In this document: positions 54,223-64,000 of the stretch, piece after piece
Numbering within the stretch: position 1 is the first letter of the stretch
Layout of the letters: the number at the start of each line of letters is the position of its first letter
Assembly (NCBI RefSeq): GCF_964355755.1
Contig: NC_092675.1
Coordinates: 22,106,912-22,170,911 of the forward strand
Length of the DNA: 64,000 nt
Origin: Antedon mediterranea
Taxonomy: Eukaryota; Animalia; Echinodermata
Direction: 5' to 3'
The notes under the pieces: model-generated
What the model saw: the letters and a program-made list of their open reading frames with translations, nothing else
Told to the model about the DNA's origin: nothing
The model's database searches: none
Program-made: the position numbers and the translations under genes

Positions 54223-57200
54223 ATGTCAGACTCTGAGGATGAAATACCTGAATTAGTTGAAGCTGTCAACAAGATACCTGTCTCTATAATTACTGGATAT
54301 CTTGGTGAGGTTTATTAATATGTTGAAAAGAAATTATGATTGAGAAATTAATTTCATATCTAATTGCAATCACCAACCCCATACAATAACAACTTCAATC
54401 TTGAACGGTGCGGCCACACACTGCAACTGCCACATACATAGCGAATAAAATAACGTATGGCATATGCACAAATTCAGCAAATGTGTTACCTTTCTTATTA
54501 CTTCTATTACAGGTGCTGGTAAAACAACACTTCTGAATTATATATTGACTGAACAACATAATAAAAAGATAGCAGTTATTCTCAATGAATTTGGAGAGGG
54601 TAAGACAGAAAATTGTTTTGCGCGGAGCCATCTGTGTTTGACATATTCTAGTCAAATCTCCCTGACTCTATGTTGAAAAATCTTCAAAAGACATAAATTT
54701 CTTTTAAAAGGCCCTAAATCATTTCTTAGCACTGACTCATTTTTCATTTTGAGGGTCACTTTTGTTAGAAACGCAGCTAAAGTGATGGGACCATCTCTTC
54801 CCCTCTATAAAAATGTAGGTGGTACATGTATCCACCAGAATCTGTGTCAGTGCTATTCTTTACGTAATTCTGAAAATCAAACTTTGTTGAAATATACTTT
54901 TTTTGCCCAGCTAATGTATAGTAACTATTTCATTCAGCCGTGGAAACAAACTATGTTCTAACATGGCCGAATGGCTAAAGGGGAGTTGAAAGGTGTCGCA
55001 TTTTGAATGGCGCTAGTATTGGTGTCAAGTTTAGGAGGAGATAGAGGACAAAATATTCTTTAGTGCTATTAATACATTTGTTTTCTTGATTCACAGGCAG
55101 TGCTGTTGAGAAGTCAATGTCAGTTGGCCAGTCAGGAGAACTTTATGAAGAATGGTTGGAGTTAAGGAATGGGTGTCTTTGCTGCTCTGTCAAGTAAATT
55201 TTGCAAATTGAAATATCATATCTTTGAAGGGAACCATTAAATATCATGTTACATGATGTGAAATAAACTAATCAAAGAATTTCGTAAAGAATTTATAATT
55301 AAAATGAATGAATATCTTCATTATTTTACTCTATATTTTAACACATTTTACAGAGATACTGGCATTAATGCAATAGAAAATCTAATGAAAAAGAAAGGCA
55401 AGTTTGACTACGTTCTTTTGGAAACCACAGGTCTTGCTGATCCAGGTAAAAATCAACATACTTTGCCCATTCAATACTCCGTCACCTGGCCAAACAACAT
55501 AATTGAATCAAGAAAAACATTTTCATTCAAATTAAAAAGGAACTTATTGCTTACGTGCAATCATACCTCCACACCTGCTCTAACTATTGCCAAACTATAG
55601 AGGACACTATACCAAATATAGATGTTGCTATTTAAAACAATCTATAGTAAACAATTGATATGCCATGGTGAATATGATTTGCAATAGTGGAAAATGCAAA
55701 TGTGCATTGTAAAAAATGTGCTGGCAATATATATATTTTAACCTTTAGTATGCAAAAGGGACGAAGTAGTAGAGCATTGATGGTAAATTTATGATTGTCA
55801 AAAGAATCTAGAGAAATTGCACTTTAAAACTCTGCTGAAAAGTTTTATTAATAATAGTATTCAAATATATATACAGTATTAATAATATTAAAAGTCAATA
55901 TTTATGTTATCCATTTTTGTTAGGACCCATTGCCTCAATATTTTGGCTAGATGATGGTCTGGGAAGTGAACTGTATCTTGATGGTAAGTACTTGCTATAT
56001 TTATTTCAAAATTATTATTTAAAATATTAAAAAAATGTAAAAATATATTTAATCAATGGAGACAACAAATTAAACTCAATTAAACTGGTGACTGATGAAA
56101 TCCAAGCACTTCATCATAGTAAGCACACTGGGAGATTATCCTGTAATCTTTTAAAATAGTGTACCAAATTTTGTATTATGCTTGTTGTGTATTTATGTAC
56201 AGCACAGTAAAATATCCCATATGGACAGACTAATCAAGCAATTTCAATCTTTTGTGAAACCAGTTTAATACTTGGACCACTTCACACACTCTGGATTTTA
56301 GTTTAATATTGACCTCACATTAGATAGGCCCAACCATTAGGCTTAGCTTTCAGTATGAACCCTGTTTACAATGGCCACAAAGTTAAACGCACATGCTTGT
56401 TTTATCTGTCTACAGGTATAATTACAGTTGTAGATGCTAAATATGGCTTGAAGAATCTGAAAGAAGATAAACAACCTGGCGTAGTCAATGAAGCTATTAG
56501 GTAATTTATATTTTAGTGAGCATGTGCACATGGTAGGAGCGATCAAAATAGCCTTCCCTAAACTGATTAATAATATTAAATTGGTTATAGTTACTGTAAC
56601 TATTAAAATGAGGAAAAAACATAACTGCAGACTATTCAGCCCTAAGCATGGCACCGGTATCATGAGTTTAGTCCTAAAAAAAATAACATACAGAGGTCTC
56701 AACGTGAACAAATATTCTAAAAGTTTGGCTAAATCATAGAGGGTGCTAATCATTCTTGAAAAATTCATCCAAGTAAAGTTGGTGCTATTTATTTTTTTAA
56801 TTTATGTCATCATTCCATTCTGCATATTATTTTCCCTTAATTATAAACATGGCGCCATTTCCGTTCGTAAATGGAACAAGTGTGGATCTAGCTTATGTGT
56901 GAGATGGAATATAATTCAATATATGTGTCCAGCTAGGTTTCATATGTTTTACTTATTGTTTTATATCAACATTTATTTCTTACAGTTTTATTCATGACTA
57001 AAATGTTATTTTAAAGATCATATTATTCTGAATAACATTTTATATTCCTAGACAAGTGGCAGTGGCTGATCTAATTCTTGTTAATAAGATTGACCTTGCA
57101 ACTAAAGAAGAAATTGCAAAATTAACATCACATATACAGTAAGAACAGCAAAACCTCTATTAAAGGGACACATTTAGGACTGTGTTAAAACATTTCCCCT

Positions 57201-59481
57201 TGTCCGTTTCACAGGAATAGAGAAATAGAGGTTTTCCTAAAAGAGAATCTCTACTGTGCTCATAAAATATCAAAATACATATACTGTCTTAGTTTTGGAA
57301 CTTTATAATGGTATATATAATAATATATTTCTGAACAATTATGGTAGCAAAGTAGAGACAGAAGCAGCAATTACAAAACAGAATCAAGTGTATAACAAGA
57401 ATAAAATTCCTTGTGTTTTGAGCACAAAGTTTTCATTAGAAAATTATTTTCAATTATGTCAATTCTGTAAATTTTGTTCAGTTAAATGTTAATTTAACAC
57501 TGGTCCTTGAAAAAGCTGGATCTTGTCTTGTGAGTTTACCCCAATAATACATTTCCTTTAATTATTTTTCTTTTTCAGAACCATTAATTCTTTTGCTGGA
57601 CTAGTTGAAACACACAAATCAAAGTAAGCTTATAACACGTTCATAAGATTATTCAATATGAAAATTAAAATATAGAATTATACTTATTATTGACCACTGT
57701 AACTTGATTGCTTGTGACATATAATGTGATAGTATGAGGTTTGCTAATGACAAAAAACTAAATTTGGTAATCGTAAACCTATGACTAATATTTTATTTTA
57801 TTCTTCTTTGTATGAATCGAATGTTATTCACTTCTGAATATTATTTGAATATCTGAATATATATATAAATCAAAAGGCAAATTACTGAAAAAAAAATGAC
57901 AATGCTTCAGTGGCTGGATCTCAATGGAGGTACAAAAAAAAAGCAAAAAGCTAAATCAAAACGATAAGTAAAACTGCCAGAAAAGTTAGCAGAGCTTTCG
58001 GGCAACACTAGCCCTTCATCAGTGCAAGTGAATATATATATATATATAATATGTTGAGTAATGAATTTTAGTGGATTATAATTTTTTTAAATCTTTTTTA
58101 GAACTTCAAGTATTATCATACAATATTTAAAATTTAGAGATTGAGGGATAATAATACTGTACTCGTATTTTAAAATAGTTTCTGTATTTCTATTTTATTT
58201 AGTGTGGACGTAGATGAAATTCTTGACCTTCATGCTTTTGATACAATGGGTAAGAAAAGGTGAGTACAAAGTTAATAAAGTATTTGTAGATAACAATTTG
58301 TTTGAGCAAATCTGAATTTCAGTTTCCATCATACCATTTTGCTGGACTGATCTAACCTGCTGTAACTACAGAAAGAGTATGCTGCCCTCAATAATGTTTG
58401 TAAATTGAAAACCATCAGATCTTATATCAACATGATAAAACAAATCAATTGTCGTATTCGAGTGTACCATTGAGTAGTTTTTCCGTTGAGTACTTCTTTA
58501 ACGAGTATTGAGCGTTGAGATTGTTCTTAACGAAAAAGCTTTCATTGTCAACGTTTTCTATTCGAATTTCTTTCTGTTGAGCACAAATTTACAATTCAAA
58601 TACTAAAAGTACTCAACGAATCTTTACGTTGACAACAAAAGTTCCCAATCGAATACGACAATTGTATACTACACATTATTGAATAAAAGTATCCATTTTT
58701 AAGACATTATATTTCAGTGTGCATAGTGAACAATTACATGTTGTGATGGTTTCCTATTCACCTTCACCTATAGAAGTTTTATATTTTCTTAACACAAACA
58801 AATATTGCTTGCCTCTCTATAGAATTAGGTATTGCGAAAAGTGAGTTTAAGTATCATTGGATTGGATGGAATACTTCAGAATTCAGAGTTCTTGTAAACT
58901 TTAAAGTTGGGGCAATAATAAATCAATTCATCAAATCATTTAATCTGAACGTTTTTAGGCCACTTGAACAACCAAATATGTAAATAGTACTCAATGCAAA
59001 CAGAATTGGAATGAAGATTATGATGTGCAGGCCTTGTCTTTTGAAAATTATAGGTTTTCTACAAATTGCACTCCTCAATACATTCAGGGATGCTGTAGGT
59101 GTGCTGTTTGTATTTTGGTGTGTAGAAGTTTACCAAATTTAAGCATGTTGTAAATTGCACTCCTCCAGGGCAGTTTAGGAGTGTGTTAGGCCAGTGATCG
59201 CACTTGCTCGCCTTAAAGGACAAGGCCTGGATGTTCTTATATGATACAATAATTATATTTAACCACTGAGCTAGAAACCCATATATTTTAACTATTTTAA
59301 TAATATAGAAACTTTCACTTTATTTAATGCATTTTTTATACCTGATTTTTTAAAAAGTGATTGGACAGCACTTGAGAAGAGAGGAATTTCTGACCATCAT
59401 AATATTGATCAGTCTGTTACCACGGTAACATTCACTGTACAAGGCTCTATTAATTCAGAAGACCTAGATAACTTTATACAG
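54223..59481 (+). CDS. ZNG1: Zn-regulated GTPase metalloprotein activator 1 (ZNG1/CBWD, COG0523 family), 5' part; gene continues beyond the window
   Basis: Exons 54223-54304, 54513-54599, 55097-55193, 55354-55445, 55924-55983, 56416-56500, 57052-57138, 57579-57623, 58203-58259, 59358-59481. They contain the N-terminal EIPELV motif, Walker A GYLGAGKT, NEFG, GCLCC (CxCC zinc site), ETTGLADP and NKID. No stop codon is reached in the window. Confidence 0.95.
57868..58030 (-). mobile_element. ~165-bp hammerhead-containing short repeat, copy 2
   Basis: Same family, intact hammerhead at 57989-58025, flanked on both sides by (AT)n. Confidence 0.8.
58446..58664. mobile_element. MITE-like inverted repeat element
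   Basis: TIR CAATTGTCGTATTCGA / TCGAATACGACAATTG. Confidence 0.6.
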
Positions 59482-59836
59482 GTAAGATGAACATACAGTT
59501 AACTTTAATGTTGGATAGCCCTTCCAGTTCACTCATTTTCTTATCCTTGTTGCACCATTCTGTGCGAAATAAAATTTGTTATAAAACGTCTTAGTAGATT
59601 CTCGTCATTTGATTGGAGGATATTTGGTCACATGATATTCAATAATTACTACACTTTTGTTAAAAGGAGATGTGTTATAAAACAAATAATGAATGTTATA
59701 TTTCCATGCAATGGAACAAATAATTTCATTCAGTGAAAGATGAAATGTTTATTTTCACCTCATGAAATTATTTGTACTAATGGGATTGAAACTTTGAAAC
59801 ATGACTTCACTCTCATTATATGAAGTTTGTTTTATA

Positions 59837-60022
59837 CAGTCAACTCTCCCAATACCGGACTCTCTGAAAACCAGAAACTCTCCCAATACCAGACTTTTTT
59901 TGAGGACCAAAAGGTCCCAAATTTATTTTTACCATTAAAAACACATTCCGAATACCAGACTTTCCGGAAAACCAGACTTATTTGGCCGGCCCAAAGGTGT
60001 CCGGTATTGGGAGAGTTGACTG
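59837..60022. mobile_element. Tc1/mariner (Tigger-like) MITE
   Basis: Perfect TIR CAGTCAACTCTCCCAATACCGGAC with TA TSD. A related relic lies at about 15298-15380. Confidence 0.8.
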
Positions 60023-62924
60023 TACTATGTTATTTAAAAATAATCAGTGCATCTATTGGTTTTCAGAATATAATGTTTTGATAAAAAACACCAGCAATAT
60101 AAGTTGGATTGACATAAAACATATCACTTCCCATAAATGTTATAATTTAGAGAGATGACTCCTTATGTTAAACTAATATAAATTTATATATTATAATTTT
60201 TGTTTATTTTTTGTTTCCATTGAAGTTTAATTGTTCACCATTTTCCCAAAAATAACAAGTAAGAATCTTGTTGTTGATACGTTAATCTTTTGAATGCACC
60301 CAAAAATATCCTTTTGAAGAAAAGCAGTGGTTTGATATGTCTGAAACATTTTGTTTGTCTATGTTATTGAGAAGATGAATAGGAAGACATACTGAAAAGT
60401 AATCCGCCTGAACCTGATGTAATGTAATATTAGATAAACAATCTACATATTTATTTATTAAAGTGTAGATTGTTCTAGTCTTATTTATAAGCCATCGGCC
60501 AGATTGTTTATTTCAATTTGATGTGGCACTTTTTCTTGGTAGGCCTACTTGAGGAGCTTTTCTTGTTGGCTTTTAGGGTTAAGCTAAAGGTATTATAGCA
60601 ATACAACTTAATGACAGTAGAGGCACGTAAAGGCCTACCACACCTTACAGGAGATTTCTTTGTCATTAAATTCTAAATGAGGTGTAATGTAGCGATTAGT
60701 TTAGTAGTCATCCTGCATACATTAAAGGTCATGGAGGTCACTTACACCTGAGCAATGAAGCTGTCTCTATCGCTATGAAACTGCTGTCCATCGCCCTGGT
60801 TAACTTGATGAATTTTGTTTTCTTGAGCTACAGTTTCCAGGCTAAGTTAACCAGCTGGAGTTCATAATCGCCAGTAGCTGGTAGGGGTTAGGCTCAGTAC
60901 CGCACTGGGGTTCAAGCTCACCAGCTAGCTGTGGTTCATGCTCGCCATTAGCTGGAAGGAGTTAGGCGCTGTAGCCATCTGGGGTTCAGGGATGGAACCT
61001 TTGTCAGAGAACTCACTGCTATTTTTCTGACTGTTTTTTCCAATTCAATAGAATTATGGTGTATTATAATGGTCATTTTTATGTATATGAGTACCATTTG
61101 AGGAGAGGCCTGTTGACCTCTTGCAATGTATAGCCAGAGTGCTCACGTCTACTTTTTGTTCTGATATTAGTGTTCCAAAATTACATTTTATCATTGTTAA
61201 CTAGCCCAAGTAATGAATCACAGAAAGCAGTTGATTTAAAATACATACTTTCTATTTACTCCGGTGTGCATCTTTTTAAAGCTCAGGTACAAGCATGAAT
61301 TTTAAATTTAATATTTGGTTAATTGTACATAAATCAAATATTTGTTAACAGAAATCGAGACGAAAAAACATGAATTTCACTTAATATGGTCAAATACAAA
61401 ATTTGGCAAAATTCTTCCATAAAAACCAGGAAGACTTTTTTTCAGTAGTTAGGTAGTTAACCTAATGTAATAACATGTCTGGTGACTCCCTAGACGGTGA
61501 AAAAAGATGGTGGATATACGGTGGATAATTTTTGCTATAGCATGAAAATAAAAATCTGAAGTTGAATAAAAATATCAGAAATGTAATATTCAAGTTATAT
61601 TACCTATATTTAGTCATCTGATAACATTTTTTACCGCACCGTTTATTTTTCATAGCTTTTTAAAATGCCTCTCTATTTACAAAATGTGTGTACAAACGAA
61701 TAGAGATTTTACTGTGTAATTTGAACTATCCCCCCACTGATAAGAAAGTGCTTATTTTCAACAAACTCGTGTAACACAAATAAAATCCCAAAAATTATGA
61801 AACATAGGGGAAACTATAGATCGATAATTATTGGAATGTATGATCAATAGAAATTTTTGCCCGCACCTGGCCTTTAAAATCTAATTTTACCATCTGTTTT
61901 CCATATTTTTACTTTGCTAGGAGCACAAATATTGTAATAGTTTTCATTTGCATTTATTTCACCCTTTAGCATTTTCTTTGATGTATACATACATTCCTAT
62001 TTCAATTAATGGTATCTTTCACAACTTTTGTTTTAAAAATGTTCTCTGCATCAATAAAATTCCTTGGTGTACTCATGTTTCTTATTCTTTTCAATTACTC
62101 TGATCTGTCAACAAACCTTACTTTGGTGGCAGGTAGAGTTTGTTCTCAAAACACATGCCACTGTAAACTATATCAACAGTAACCACCGCTAAATGAACAA
62201 ACCATGTTCTGTACAGGAGTCTATTAGTGAGCCCGATTGGTTGATGCTCAAATAAGGAAGCAGTGTGTTGTCTGTTGACAGGAGGCTTTGATGGGCACCT
62301 GTCAGTCATTTTCATATTGTTTGGTTCATGAATGTATTTATTAGACCTCAAGAGATTGCCGCAGACCCACTCACAGATTTTAGGTTTCAGATGCGCTTGA
62401 ACAGGTGAGAAGAGATTTACGAAACAGTATCAAAAGTTAATGATGTGCTGAAAATGTTGATTCGCTTTAATCATCTCAATCTGGAAACAAAATAATTACA
62501 TTTAATAAATGTTATACTGAACAACTATAATTAGTGCAATAGTTATATTAAGAAAAAAGAAAGACTAATTCAAGATATTCTGTCCACTTCCTTGTGTGCT
62601 GAATAACTCCAAATAACCGGTTTTATTTTAAATTTGATTTGTATATAACAACAAACTACAGGGTTATTAAAACAAACACATTATATTTTCATGTATATAT
62701 ATTAGTTTATAAACATAATTTTACAATGAATTTATATTTATTGTATTTATTTGGTGTACAACGCAATAACAACCCAGTGTACAATGATTTCATTTGCTTA
62801 GTCAACATTTTTCCACAATAGAAATATATATATATATATATATATATAAATCCAAAGGCAAATTACTGAAAAAAAGATATATATATATATATATATATAT
62901 AAACAAATCAGGCAAATATATATA

Positions 62925-63277
62925 CTTTCACTTGCACTTATGAAGGGCTAGTGTTGCCCAAAAGCTCTGCTAACTTTTCTGGCTGTTTTACTTTATCGTT
63001 TTCGCTTTTTTTTTTTGTATCTCCATTGAGATCCAGCCACTGATACCCACAGCATTGTCATTTTTTAAGTATTCTGCCTTTGAATTTGTATATATATACT
63101 GACTGACTGACTTGCACTGATGAAGGGCTAGTGTTGCCCGAAAGCTCTGCTAACTTTTCTGGCTGTTTTACTTCTCGTTTTGATTTAGCTTTTCGCTTTT
63201 TTTTTGTATCTCCATTGAGATCCAGCCACTGATACCCACAGCATTGTCATTTTTTTCAGTAATTTGCCTTTGGATTT
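62925..63277 (+). mobile_element. Head-to-tail tandem pair of the hammerhead-containing repeat (copies 3 and 4)
   Basis: 62925-63087 has a mutated core (CTTATGA and CAAAA). 63110-63277 has an intact core at 63114-63150. The pair is embedded in (TA)n tracts, with an additional inverted fragment at 62849-62876. Confidence 0.8.
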
Positions 63278-63556
63278 ATATATATATATATAAATAAAAT
63301 AACAGCAGAAAACTTGGTAATACTTCATTGTTTTAATCACTACAAATTTTGCTCTACCTTGGTATTGAGCACTCTATCCTAACGGTCTGATAATTTCAAC
63401 CTGAATATATATATAAATTTCCAGCTTTATAAGCAACCATTCCTGCTTTGTACCCCATAGCTTTTGGAGGCGTGCCTTTATAACTTTGATTGGCTGATTT
63501 GTTTTATTATGTAATTTTGTGACTTATATATGTTATCCTTTGTTACAATTCTCTTC

Positions 63557-63589
63557 ACCTGATGATGGGCTATGCCCGAAACATGTCGT
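63557..63589 (+). ncRNA. Minimal hammerhead motif, second family
   Basis: AC-CTGATGA-T-GGGC-tat-GCCC-GAAA-CATG-TC-GT with palindromic stem III (ACATGT). It lies in a (TA)n-bounded segment of about 63415-63645. Confidence 0.7.
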
Positions 63590-64000
63590 AAAAATAAATC
63601 TATATTGAGGCAGTTTTAACTTATTTGATCTTGAATTTGTTTATATATATATATATATATCTGATGAATGTGACGAATAGGAAGATAGTTGCACTAATAA
63701 AATAAAGTTAATTAATCTTAACTATTGTATTAATTTCTTCGTTCTGTTGTTTTGTGTACATAGTCAGTCAAAAAGTTAGGCAGCATTGATTTCCTACCTG
63801 CCTTAAAAAAGAAGACAAAAACCTCCCTAGATATTTGTGATTGTTGATGTTTTAATATCGTTTTTCATTTAAAACAAATTTAGAAACAACCAGACTTGGT
63901 AAGACAAATGACATTTAAATAATTTGATAAATGAGGAGCTTTAAGTTTTCATAGAAAGTTTTTTTATTGATCGCAGAGATAGGCTCTCAGGGAGTGGTGA

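Noticed and set aside
56343-56997. ORFs of 141, 83 and 84 aa within ZNG1
   Set aside because: Antisense or intronic, with composition typical of AT-rich non-coding DNA.

Overview
AT-rich (about 30% GC, by eye) intron-dense animal genomic DNA, probably an invertebrate deuterostome such as an echinoderm (inference from repeat content, not established). Three protein-coding genes can be spliced by hand. (1) A complete importin-13 (IPO13) gene on the minus strand, 25 coding exons, 37349->4628, 955 aa. (2) A divergently transcribed, complete 4-exon FAM151/menorin-like (DUF2181) type II membrane protein on the plus strand, 42334-48464, 559 aa, whose putative catalytic residues look degenerate. (3) The first 10 coding exons of a ZNG1/CBWD (COG0523) zinc-chaperone GTPase on the plus strand from 54223, continuing past the window. 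Almost all other ORFs in the supplied track are spurious. The non-coding space holds Deu/Nin-type tRNA-SINEs, several MITE families, nested Helentron-type (HINE) elements, LINE relics and minisatellites. The most notable signals are: at least 7 minimal hammerhead ribozyme motifs of about 4 sequence types, including a dispersed ~165-bp hammerhead-headed repeat that sits in (TA)n tracts; ultrashort palindromes with 7-bp TSDs resembling P/Galileo excision footprints; tRNA-like modules inside Helentron-type elements; and an intronic satellite that repeats a consensus recursive-splice-site motif 7 times. No wholly new multi-gene system can be proven from the sequence alone.
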